Shown: in pieces, positions 10,372-22,706 of the stretch
Numbering within the stretch: position 1 is the stretch's first letter
Layout: every line of letters starts with the position of its first letter
Source: Octopus sinensis
Lineage: Eukaryota
Direction: 5' to 3'
Length of the DNA: 27,709 bases
Assembly (NCBI RefSeq): GCF_006345805.1
Contig: NW_021833311.1
Span: 1 to 27,709, forward strand
The notes under the pieces: generated by a model
What the model was told of the DNA's origin: nothing
The model's database searches: none
What the model saw: only the letters and a program-made list of their open reading frames with translations
Position numbers and translations under genes: made by a program

Positions 10372-10870
10372 TACGACGGGATTCCACACATAAGGCGGCG
10401 ATCTGGCAGAATCGTTAGCACACTGGGCGAAATGCTTAGTGGTATTTCGTCTGCCGCTGCGTTCTGAGTTCAAATTCCGCCAAGGTTGACTTTGCCTTTC
10501 CTCCTTTCGGGGTCGATAAATTAAGTACCAGTTACGCACTGGGGTCGATGTACTCGACTTAATCCGTTAGTCTGTCCTTGTTTGTTCTCTCTGTGTTTAG
10601 CCCCTCGTGGGTAGTAAAGAAATATGTTTCTTTATTACCCACAAGGGGCTAAACATAGATGGGACAAACAAGGACAGAGAAACAAATTAAGTCGATTACA
10701 TCGACCCCAGTGGGTAGTAAAGAAATAGGGATTCCACACAATTTCCTTTCGCCAAATTCACTCTCAAAGCATTGATCAACTGGGGGACTACAGACGAAGG
10801 TACTTGCTCACGTAGCTGCGCAGGTGGGATTGAACCAGAAACCTTTTGGTTGCAAATTGAGCTTCTTAAC
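10372..10870 (-). mobile_element. Family B-like SINE head interrupted by a family A insertion
   Basis: ACGACGGGATTCCACACA (10373-10390) resumes at 10728 and continues through GTGGGATTGAACC (minus-strand B-box). Confidence 0.7.
10391..10727 (+). mobile_element. Family A SINE with fold-back duplicated tail and 13-bp TSD
   Basis: TSD GGGATTCCACACA at 10378-10390 and 10728-10740; inverted arms 10537-10622 and 10627-10712. Confidence 0.88.
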
Positions 10871-11179
10871 CTCTCACTATTTTATACACCATTTCTTTTC
10901 ATGTATTCCTGTCACAGACTAGTTGTTTACTGTTAGTATAAACTAATAATATTTACTAATATCTTTTCAATTCTCCACATCATCTGTTTCTCTGCTTCAT
11001 CTATTTCCGATGTAATTTTATCAATTTAGCTTTGGTTTATCAGTATTTACGTATTTAAAATAGGAATATTTGATTATTTATTTTCTTGTTTTACGTATAT
11101 CTGCTGCTTAATTGAGGAGAAAGTGGTTTTCTGTTTGAGATTTCAGGATAACAACATTTGTCTTTTACCATGTTTTGAA

Positions 11180-11352
11180 AAATCTTTTATTTGTTTCCGT
11201 TATGGAACCAGCGGCCAAGCTGGGGCAACCGCTTTCAAAGATGGAGTCGAATAAATCTAACCTAGTACTTATTTTTTTAAAAATTCCGATCCTTATTCCA
11301 TCGTTGCCTTTGCCAAACCGCAACATTATGGGAACATAACCAAACCAACACA
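11180..11352 (-). mobile_element. Diverged family B tail
   Basis: TTTTATTTGTTTCCGT..GCGGCCAAGCTGGGGCAACC... aligns to the tail at 5142-5300. Confidence 0.6.
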
Positions 11353-11781
11353 AGTTTCCTCTGTCATTTCCTCTCTTTCTTTCACCCGCTCACATCCTCA
11401 TTTTCTTCATTTTCCCTACCTTTCTCTCTTCCTTCCTCTTTATTTCTTCCTCTCTCCCCCCTCGCTTCAACACACACTCGTCCTTCCTTTCTCTTCTTCT
11501 CTCATCCTCTAGCACTCTTTTTCTTCCTTCTTGCTCTCTCCCTCCCTTTCCCAAAGCGCTACATTATGGGAATGCAACCAAACGAACACAGGTTTCCTCT
11601 GTCATTTCCTCTCTTTCTTTCACCAGCTCACATCCTCATTTTCTTCCCTTTCTCTTCCTTTCTCTCTTCCTTCCTCTTTATTTCTTCCTCTCTCTCCCCC
11701 TCCCTTCAACACACACTCGCCCTTCCTTTCTCTTCCTCTCTCACCCTCCAACTCTCTCTTTTTCTTCCTTCTTGCTCTCTC
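11307..11781. repeat. Tandem duplication (period 238) of a pyrimidine-rich segment, followed by CT-rich low complexity to ~11965
   Basis: ACATTATGGGAA..CAAAC.AACACA.GTTTCCTCTGTCATTTCCTCTCTTTCTTTCACC occurs at 11323 and 11561. Confidence 0.9.
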
Positions 11782-12750
11782 TCTTTTCTCTCTCTCTTCT
11801 CTCTTTTCTCTCTCTCTTTTCTCTTTTCTCTCTCTCTTCTCTTTTTTTCTTCTCTCTTCTCTTTTTCTCTTCTCCCTTCTCTCTTCTTCTCTCTTCTCTC
11901 TTTCTCTTCTCCATTCTCTCTTCTCTCTTTCTCTTCTCCCTTCTCTCATCTTCTCTCTTTCTCTTCCGAACTACGTGTCTGAGCGCACACTCTCATATGT
12001 CTAAGTATGTGTGCGTCTGTGTGTGTCCGCCTTCGGTGCCAAGAAATTTATCGCAAAAACTATAACCAAGAACAAATAAACAAAACCATTTCAAAATCAG
12101 ATTTAGCGGCCAAACCTACGCACGAAATGACCATCGACCAAAGAAGTGCGCTACATGGCTGACGCAGATATAGCGGCACCATATAATCGGCGTGCAAGCA
12201 ACTTGATAAAAGTGGTTTTTGCCCAGAAGGTTGCACTTATCAATCACATTCCAATCTACCCGGATAGCTACTACACAGAACAATGCTTAGCACAAATCTA
12301 TGACAGTAGGGAAGATAATTATCTGATTAACTCAAGTAGAATAGACGAGAAACGAAATAAAATTAAAGAAGAAATTGGCATAAAAGCGACGGAAGTATAA
12401 AAGGTGTTTAAGGTGCAAGCAGTAATGTATCTGGAGGATAAATTTCATGCTTGGAATCGAATTCAATATATTTTTCTGTCGAATTCCTTGAAAAATGGCT
12501 AAAAAAAAAAAAAGAGAATACGAAAAACGCAACTGCGGCACCTGGGAGTGAATGATAGTTGATGTCGTTATTATTGTTTTGTTTATTTTTTTTTATATTT
12601 ATTTTTTTCTTATATTCTTTTTTGTTGTTTTTTTTTCCAGTTTTTTTTGGGGTGGGGGGGTTCTCTTTCGTTCGGTTTCTTTGTTTCTGATTTTAACATT
12701 TTTCCTGTTGTTGACAGGAAAATGCATCAATCAAAGATTCCCCGGCTACA

Positions 12751-12762
12751 AATAATAATATC

Positions 12763-12799
<37 letters not shown>

Positions 12800-12800
12800 G

Positions 12801-12852
<52 letters not shown>

Positions 12853-12855
12853 GAA

Positions 12856-12890
<35 letters not shown>

Positions 12891-13180
12891 CAACAACAAC
12901 AACAATGCTACTACTACTACTACTACTAATAATAATAATAATGATAATAATAATAAATAATAATGAAAATGATGATGATGATGATGATAATGATGACGAT
13001 GACAGCGATGATGCTGGCGATGATGATAATGATGATAAATAGTAATGATAACAACACTAGTCATAATAATAGCAATGACAGCATAAAGCAGTACTATTCA
13101 TATAACAACTACTACAACTACTACTACTACTTCTACTACTACTACTACTACCACTACCACTACTACTACTACTACTACCA

Positions 13181-13240
<60 letters not shown>

Positions 13241-13356
13241 ACTAATAATAATAATAATAACAACCGTGATAATAGTAATAATAATAAGAATTATAATTAA
13301 TATGAAAATCATAATAATAATTTTACTATACATAATAATATTAATAATAAACAAAA

Positions 13357-13404
<48 letters not shown>

Positions 13405-13420
13405 ATGTAGAAAATAATTA
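12751..13420. repeat. Compound trinucleotide array (AAT/AAC/ACT/GAT/GGT)n
   Basis: Direct reading. Confidence 0.97.
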
Positions 13421-13622
13421 TAGTAATGGTGGTGGTGATATTATAGATGCTGTATTGGCTGTTGGTGGAAATGATGAATTCCTTTCAGGCAACATTTTGA
13501 CATGCATTCAGAGAAAGGGAAAATAGATTCACACGGAAAAAATGGCGGACGGGTTAAAAATGTTCAATAAATTTAAAAGGCGTCATGGAAAAGAAGAAGT
13601 CTGTGATTCTCTTGGCATTCAA

Positions 13623-13653
<31 letters not shown>

Positions 13654-13919
13654 GGTGTACTTAAGTACAGAAATACACATACAAGCACGAACATCCGTAC
13701 ACATATATGTTCATGCATACATATGCATACACACATATACATATACATACATACGCATACATATACATACAAATACGTATATATATTTATATAGATGAAT
13801 GCATAATGTTTGATATATATTGTACGTGTATATATATGCATGTATTTATGTATATATATGTATATATATATACATATATACACGCATATCAATAAACATA
13901 TACGCATATATACATATAT

Positions 13920-13974
<55 letters not shown>

Positions 13975-14321
13975 TTATACATGTTCACACGGAATGTTCA
14001 TACATAAATGTATTTATACATTTATACATGAGGATAGATACGAAACTATTTATATACACGCTATTTATACATGCGCATCACAAACACTCACACACGTTAC
14101 AAGAATACTCTCATATACATCTCATGCTGACATGTGTATATGTATGTAGATATATATAAATATATTTATGTATATACATATATATATGCATATATATGTG
14201 TGTATGTATATATGTATATATATATATATATATATATTTACATGTATATATGTGTGAGTGTATGTATGTGCATTAAATTATGTCGTTAAATACATAAATG
14301 AATATATTCAATATTTATGTG

Positions 14322-14352
<31 letters not shown>

Positions 14353-14824
14353 ATTTCTACATGAATTACGAGAATACTTGTATTGGTGGGTGAGATGTAT
14401 ATATTAAGGAATGCAACAGGGTGTCTTAGTGGCATTGTTGGTAGTTATTTAGTGCTAGTTATTTGCCGAGAAATAATGAAATGCACTTTTGATGGCCGGT
14501 GGGATTTGAACGCTCGGAAAGAAAGGACAAGGATTATTGTTATAAGAAAAATCTACCATTAATATTTATTTGCAATGCCACACTTGTAGACACACAAATA
14601 CATACATTCAAACGCACCTCTCTCCCTCTAGATATCTCTCTCGCGCTTTCATTTCCTGTATATATATAGTATATATCCATATATATATTATATATATTAT
14701 ATATATAGATATATATTATACATACACATGCCACACGCACATATCATAAACGAATATGTATATGTATATATATTACTATATATATTATCTATATATATAT
14801 ATATATATAATATATATAATATAT

Positions 14825-14868
<44 letters not shown>

Positions 14869-14912
14869 TTATACACACACATACACACACACACACACAC
14901 ACATATATAATA

Positions 14913-14943
<31 letters not shown>

Positions 14944-15201
14944 TACAGAGATTTCAATTTGATTAGCTATACCGCCCGAAGGGAATTCCCATCAGCACTG
15001 TAAACGATGTGAAAAGGATTTTAAGAGGGGCTTGAAAACTTCCCTTTAACGCCTCAACCTCAGATGTGTAACGCACAGATAATGATATGCGTAGATGTGT
15101 GTATGCTGACGTACTTCACATTTGGCCCAACACAAAACTGCTTGTGGCACCGTAGACATTTGCGTATAATTATAAGGATAAGCCATCTATCTATCTATCT
15201 A

Positions 15202-15240
<39 letters not shown>

Positions 15241-15332
15241 ACTAGCTCTTTCTATCACTCTGTGTCTTATCTGCGCATATGTATGTATATATGCTATAAT
15301 ATATTTATACATAAATACTTACATACATATAC

Positions 15333-15410
<78 letters not shown>

Positions 15411-15578
15411 CATATATATATAATACATATATAATACATATACATATTATATATATAATACATATATTATACATATATATATACATATATATCTATATAT
15501 ATATATATATACATATATAATATATATTATATATAGATATATATATTACATATATATATATATATATACATATATAAT

Positions 15579-15611
<33 letters not shown>

Positions 15612-16036
15612 AATATATATATGCATATATTCACACACTATAGAAATATATATATATGTTTGTATATACAGATTTACACGTATTGATAAATGCACACATA
15701 TTCCTACACATATACAGATACATATATATGTATAGATATAAATACCCACACTCATACACACTCACACACACATATATACGGATGTACAACTACACGCTTG
15801 TATATATATCAAGATGTACAATTACACGTATGTATATATATGTATTGAAATATCTGCATACATATATTTCTACGTGAATAATACACACACACGCACATAC
15901 ATCAATAGACAAATGATACATATATGTCATTTTGCAAAGAGACTACCTCATACATTTCTTGTTAGTATAGAAGTAATAACATTAGATGTCGCGTTGTAAA
16001 TACGCGTTAGCAAAAGCGAGAAAGATCGGAATATAT

Positions 16037-16638
16037 ATATTTTTTTACTACCCACAAGGGGCTAAACATAGAGGGGACAAACAAGGACAGACAAAGGGAT
16101 TAAGCCGATTACATCGAACCTAGTCCGTAACTGGTACTTAATTTATCGACGCCGAAAGGATGAAAGGCAAAGTCGACCTCGGCGGAATTTGAACTCAGAA
16201 CGTAACGGCAGACGAAATACCTATTTCTTTACTACCCACAAGGGGCTAAACACAGAGAGGACAAACAAGGACAGGCAAACAGATTAAGTCGATTATATCG
16301 ACCCCAGTGCGTAACTGGTACTTTTTTAATCGAGTCCGAAAGGATGAAGGGCAAAGTCGACCTTGGCGGAATTTGAACTCAGAACGTAGCGGCAGACGAA
16401 ATACCTATTTCTTTACTACCCACAAGGGGCTAAACACAGAGAGGGCAAACAAGGACAGACAAACGGATTAAGTCGATTATATCGACCCCAGTGCGTAACT
16501 GGTACTTAATTCATCGACCCCGAAAGGATGAAAGGCAAAGTCGACCTCGACGGAATTTGAACCCAGAACGTAACGGCAGACGAAATACGGCAACGCATTT
16601 CTCCCGGCGTGCTGACGTTTCTGCCAGCTCGCCGCCTT
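16037..16638 (-). mobile_element. Family A SINE head-to-tail trimer (3 x 184 nt plus one 5' head) with 16-bp TSD
   Basis: Units 16037-16220, 16221-16404 and 16405-16588; TSD AAGATCGGAATATATA at 16022-16037 and 16639-16654. Confidence 0.92.
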
Positions 16639-16904
16639 AAGATCGGAATATATAACTTTCTGTTCTGCGAAGGAAATTCTCCATTTATTAAATATGTCAT
16701 AGATTAAGGGGAGAATGCATACACGTGTTTCCCAACATTTTTTTCCAGTGCCCCACTCCTTAAAATATCTGGTGCCCATCAACTTTTTTTTTTTAAATAT
16801 AGAGACACGATTTTCATTCCAATTACCTAGCTGACGGATACATCGACTCAATAGTGAGCGGAGTTCACTCCTGCTTTTTTAAACACTTGACACCGGACAA
16901 TAGC

Positions 16905-17050
16905 TATTGAAACAGAGAAACCCGAAACCTAGCGGTTCGGCAGAAGACCCCGATAGAATAAGACCTGGGGTCGATTTGCTCGAGTAAAGACGGTGCTCCA
17001 GCATGGCCGCAGTCAATGACTGAAACAAGTAAAAGAGTAAAAGAGAATAG
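16905..17050 (+). mobile_element. 5'-truncated family B tail
   Basis: TAGCGGTTCGGC...CTGGGGTCGATTTGCTCGA..GGTGCTCCAGCATGGCCGCAGTC..GTAAAAGAGTAAAAGA. Confidence 0.85.
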
Positions 17051-17954
17051 AAGAGAATTCCAGCGATGGAGTTTTGTATCCTTGTTAGAAACTAGTTCCT
17101 TCCTCTCAGGAAGAATTTGAATAATTATAAACAGAAAAGAACAAATACCTCCGCACACACACATATATATTCATGTGTGTATGTGTCTGTATATACAATG
17201 TTTAAACGCTGAACGTTTAGACTTTTCGAGGAAGTGTTAACCATATTACCATTACATATGTGTATGTATTACAGAATCTAACATCAGTCATTCTGGTGTC
17301 TGCGTTGTTGCTTGAAACACGAGTCAGTTACAGAAAGACGAGTAAAAGAACAGGTCAAATAGAAGGAGAATGTAAAAAAGAAGAAATGTCATGCAAATAT
17401 AGAAAAGAAATGAAAGAAAATAATAAGGAAAGGCTTTAAAAATAAATGCTTCGAGAAAACTGCATAATTGATTCGATTCAAAGAAACTGCAGTCGATGAA
17501 GAAAGAATTGATCTGTGGTAATAATGGCTGAATTGGTGCTAAGTGCTGCAGAAAATAGCAGCCGAGGTCGGGAGGTGACAACACAATATATATTATTGGA
17601 TACATTTGAATTTATTCTATATCATCACGGAATGATAGTTTAAAAGTCATAGAAAAATGAAGACGAATGGAATAATATCGAGTGAAATTTCAAAGAGAAA
17701 TAAAAAAAAGAAAAAGAAAAAGAAAGGAAAACCACCACTGATCAACGTTCTATGGCAGTAGTTATCATCCGTAGTTCTTAGATCGTTCCACTATAGACAG
17801 AAAACGTTAACAATTTTTTTTGTATTTTCCTTCAGTCAGTCGACAAATATATATCTCTATCCGGGTTATTAATTCGAAAATATCTTTATGTTTCAGATCG
17901 TGACAGATTATAATATACATTTTATATATATAAATATATATATATATAATATAT

Positions 17955-17992
<38 letters not shown>

Positions 17993-18697
17993 TGGTGGTG
18001 TGTGTGTGTGAAGAAGAGAAAAATACATTACGTGTACAATATCGGTTTAGCATAAGTTTTGTAGCATAATCAACTAAAATCTAGCATGCTTAGAAAAATG
18101 CTGCTAAATTGCCAAATTATACTTCTGTGGCTTGGAACAGGATTGATTTTTCTCGTTCATACATATTTTAGTAACCTTTAGTCCATCAAAATATCTCTTA
18201 AAGTATGGCTATATTTGAAGCGGAGAAATATTTCCTACCCTACACTTTCAAATAGAAATCATTCCTTCGTAACATAAAAGTAGATTCGACAGAGGCCATT
18301 TAGAAAATACATTTTTGTGTAATTATATATATATATGTTCATGCATACCAGATTAAAGATGTAACTACTAGGCCGTTGGCTTGTAGTCCGCCATTAACGT
18401 GGTGTGAATATAAGAAGGTGCTACGGTGTCTGGTCTCTGTTGTGGTATAATGGCTTGGGTGCCTGAATGATTCTGAGAGCTATGCCAAAGGGACACAAGC
18501 TTCTGGGGTCTCTATGTTGGACAGTCAAAAATAGGAGACATTGGAGCTGCAAGATGTTTAAGTCGAGCACAGAACACAATTCCTTGTTAATTCACATCCG
18601 TTTCCGCTTGATTAGACACAAGACCAATTTAATTTGGAACCGAAGACGCGTTGTGAACGTATCCACTTTATTTATTTATTTATTTATATTTTTTCTT

Positions 18698-18925
18698 TTA
18701 TCTTTTACTTGTTTTAGTCTCTAGACTGCGGCCATGCTTGGGTACCACATTGAGGAATTTGAAGTCAAACGATTCGACAGTATTACTTTTTTTGTTTTGT
18801 TTACGCCTTGTACGTATTCTATCGGTCTCGTGTGCGGAACCGCTATTTTAACGTGGAATAAACAAACCAGCACCGGTTATCAGGCGGTAGTGGGAAGTCA
18901 AAAACAAAGACACACACACACATGG

Positions 18926-18960
<35 letters not shown>

Positions 18961-19456
18961 ATATATTTTACATTTTGGCGTTTGCTGCTTTTTTTCTTGA
19001 GAACACACTCTTTGTAGTAAGGCGATTTGACGTCTATTTCTTGCGCATAGGAATCCAATTTAGTGGTCATTCCTCTTATTAATATAATTTTTAAATCGTT
19101 TTTTTTTAATATGCTAGACCACTGGTTTAAATTGATGTTAATTGAGTGATATCAATTTCTACCCTCAGTATTTTAATATATATTATATATATATATTATA
19201 TATATATGTAATATATATATAGTAGAATATATATGTATATATAGATATATTATATTATCTATATTATATATTATGTATATATATATATATATGTATATAT
19301 ATAATGTATATATATATATAGAGTGGATATATATATGTAATATAATATATATATTTATATATATATGTATTATATATTATGTATATATATATATGTTATA
19401 TATATCTCGTTGTATATTATATATATATAATTATTACTAAATATATATATATGTAC

Positions 19457-19498
<42 letters not shown>

Positions 19499-19655
19499 TT
19501 ACGACGGGATTCTTTCAGTTTCCGTCTGCCAAACCCACTCATAAGGTTTTGGTCGGCCCGAGGCTACAGCAGAAGACACTCGCTCAAGGTGCCATGCAGT
19601 GGGACTGAACCCAGAACCATATGGTTTGGAAGCAAGCTTCTTGCCACGCCTGCAC
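18698..19655 (-). mobile_element. Family B SINE: tail (18698-18958) and head (19501-19655) separated by an expanded or interrupted linker
   Basis: Both halves are in the same orientation and order as the full copy at 5142-5535. That they belong to a single element is inference. Confidence 0.65.
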
Positions 19656-20091
19656 CAATTTATTCATTTATTTATCATAACCGTTACATGCGTGGCCTGA
19701 TGGTTTGGTCTGCTGAACTCTCGATCATAAAGTATTGCGTTCAATTCCTGAACCCTGTGCCACAATAAATCCCACATCAAGGAGCTCAATTTCCCGCTGC
19801 CCCAATTTGCTCATCTGTAAGCGAAAACTAATTAAAATTATGGTGCAGACATCTATTTTTGCCTCCTCCAAACGCGTCCATGATACTTCGCTGGGTCATG
19901 GGCCTGAAGGCCGAGAAGATGTGAATGCTTGCTCTCGGCCACGAAGGCGCCTAAAATAATTAGCAAGAGCTAAAGCATGTGCATCTGTGGAGTGTGTGCA
20001 CGTGTGTGCATATGTGTGTGAATATGTGTGCCGACGGGTGTGTGCACGTGTCAACCTGTGTGGTTGTGACCATGTTTGCTCTCAACCATCG

Positions 20092-20175
<84 letters not shown>

Positions 20176-20194
20176 GTATGTGCGCGCCCGCATT

Positions 20195-20405
20195 CGTGTG
20201 TACATCTTTGTGTCTGTGTTTGGTCATCACCACTGCCTCACAGGTAGTGTGGGTTTGTTTACGTTCCCGTAACTTAGTAGTTCGACAAAAGAGACCTACA
20301 CGATAAGTACCGATCCAGGCTTTAAAAAAAATACAAAAACTGGAAAGCTCTTCATGGCGGTGCCTCAGCATGGGCCACGATCAAATGTCTTAATGCAAAT
20401 AAAAG
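20195..20405 (+). mobile_element. Diverged family B tail
   Basis: GTTTACGTTCCCGTAACTTAGTAGTTCGACAAAAGAGACC...GGCGGTGCCTCAGCATGG, preceded by (TG)n. Confidence 0.7.
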
Positions 20406-20605
20406 GCAAAACAACCGCGGCACAGTAAAATCGAACTGAATGCCACGCTTGGATTAGATCTCGGAAATGTAGACGAGAAAAAAAATTATAGTAAATGATT
20501 TAGGTAGGTGTTGTAGTGCTTTGTTTTTTTCTTACCTAATCATATTAAAATGTTATTGAACTACAATCACCAATAAAATCAAGCGAGATACAGTAGGTCA
20601 CTCTG

Positions 20606-20728
20606 ACATCATCATCATCATCATCATCATCAGTGTCAGCAGCATTATCCTCCTTCTCCTCTTTCTCTTCATTGTTGTTGTTTTTGTCATCATCATCATC
20701 ATCATCATTCATCATCATCATCATCATT

Positions 20729-20760
<32 letters not shown>

Positions 20761-21120
20761 CATCATCATAATCATCAAATCACCATCGTCGTCGTCATCA
20801 TATCATCAGCATCATCATCATTATTATCATATTTTATTATATTATCATTATCATCATTCTCTTATTATTATTATCATTATTATCATTATTATTATTATAT
20901 TATTATATTATTATTATTATTATATCATCATCTTTCTTATTATTATTATCGTTACTATCATTATTATTATTATTAGAATTATTATTATTCTTATCATTAT
21001 CATCCAGCCTTGTTGTTGTCTCTTCTTTTCTTCTTCTTCTCTTCTTCTTCTTTTTTCTTCTTTCTACTTCTTCTTTTCTTCTCTCTTCTTCTTCTTCTTA
21101 TTATTATATTATCATTCTTA

Positions 21121-21170
<50 letters not shown>
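20606..21170. repeat. Compound trinucleotide array (ATC/ATT/CTT)n
   Basis: Direct reading. Confidence 0.96.
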
Positions 21171-21171
<1 letters not shown>

Positions 21172-21927
21172 AAAAGTAGTTTAATTAATCAACAAGCATT
21201 ACTTTGCAAATTAAGTTTTATTCTTTCAAATTTTCTCGAAACGAAATTATTTGAGAATCTAGTTTCTCTCCTTCATGTTATATTGAATCGCATAACACCT
21301 CTTTTTTTCTACTTTTTTTTCTATTCTTGTTACAAAGCTGAGTAGAGCTTTGTAAAGCGAATGGGCGCTGACGGTAGTGATGGCGTGTGAAGGGAGAACA
21401 TAGCTACATTCTAAAGTGTTCACTTTGAAATAATTACAAATCATAATTGATACCTGTAGTAATTGGATATGGTACGAAATGTATTGATGAGCAGAGAAGT
21501 TGTTGCTCGGAGCCGAATCCTGCCCGAGAGCTAGAAACCCATCTTGTTTATATTGTTAAATATCATCAATTGTGTTCAACCTCTTAGCCGTTTCTATGAT
21601 CGTTGTAATGTAATGATTAATAAGTTTTAAAACCACTTGGAAATTTCTGCAGCTACAAAGTCATTAAGATATGATTGACAACTTAATTATAATTACAAGA
21701 ATTACAACATGCATAATATTGGAAGTTATTGAAATCGATTTTAATGAATACAGGCTCAGGTCTCTGTAGTTTTTCTTTAATAAATTATAAAGGAAAGCTC
21801 TAGAGAGAATAACTCCAGTCTTTAGGCCTTCGTTTCGGATATGTTTAATAATTCAACTTAACAAGAGGATTGCTTCTTAAAAAATATTGTATGATATTGC
21901 ATGTACAGAGCGCTAATTATTAAATGC

Positions 21928-22262
21928 AATATGGCCGAATGGTTAAGGAGTTCGGCTCATAGCTACGAGGTTTTACGTGCGATCTCGTTGCGTCGTAATT
22001 TGTTTTAGGTAAATGTAATTTTGTACCTTCGGATCGCCCCTTGTTTTGTGAGTGAAAATGGGTTAATGGAAACTGTATGGAAGCCTGGTGGGTGAATTGT
22101 ATCCATAAATCAAACTGCAGAGCTTGTCACTCATTGTGTTATGCTGACTCTGCCAAAGAATTACACGTCTGTGGAATTCTCAGCCAATTTATCATTAATT
22201 GAGAAGCAGATAATTCAATTGATTAAATAACTGAATACTCGTCGTCAAATGACGGGGAACCA
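21928..22262 (+). mobile_element. Old tRNA-headed SINE with a family B-like 5' half
   Basis: TGGCCGAATGG A-box and TTGTGAGTGAAAATGG..GGAAACTGTATGGAAGCC matching the B head region. The 3' extent is uncertain. Confidence 0.5.
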
Positions 22263-22286
22263 TCAGCATTAATTTAGCCTCGTTGT

Positions 22287-22706
22287 AAGGCGGCGAGCTG
22301 GCAGAATCGTTAGCACGCTGGGCAAACTCCTAGCGGCATATCATTCCTCTTTCAATTCTGAGTTCAAATTCCGCCGAGGACGACTTTGCCTTTTATCCTT
22401 TTGGGGTCGATAAATTTAGTGCCAGTTGCGTACCGAGGTCGATCTAAGCGACTGGCCCCTCTCCCCAAATCCCCAAATTTCAGGCTTTGTGCCTACAATA
22501 GAAACGATTATTTTAGCCTCGTTGTAAGGCGGTAAGCTGGCAAAATCCTAGCGGCATTTCCTTTCTCTTTCAATTCTGAGTTCAAATCCCGCCGAGCTCG
22601 ACTTCGCCCTTCAACTCTCAAGTTATATAAAATAAGAACCAATTTACCCCTGGGGTCGAAGTAATCAACTAGCCTATCCCCCCAAATTTCAAGTAGGAAC
22701 GGTTAT
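22287..22706 (+). mobile_element. Two tandem short-tail family A SINEs
   Basis: Copies at 22287-22511 and 22526-22706, bounded by three copies of TTTAGCYTCRTTGT. Confidence 0.85.

Noticed and set aside
12200-12250. miR-92-like TTGCACTT in a hairpin
   Set aside because: It lacks the ATTGCAC seed context, the rest of the mature sequence does not match, and the hairpin is too short and imperfect.
12146-12400. 84-aa non-repetitive ORF
   Set aside because: Non-ATG start in the track, no recognisable homology and no clear splice evidence.
16037-16588. Regularly spaced repeats that might suggest a CRISPR array or satellite
   Set aside because: The units are contiguous 184-nt SINE bodies with no unique spacers, no cas genes are present, and the context is eukaryotic.
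189-21184. Dozens of ORFs rich in YI/HT/CV/LS/poly-I/poly-D, including TYLP repeats (3672-4198) and the 183-aa ORF at 20633
   Set aside because: They are translations of di-, tri- and tetranucleotide microsatellites that lack stop codons in some frames; there is no domain signal.
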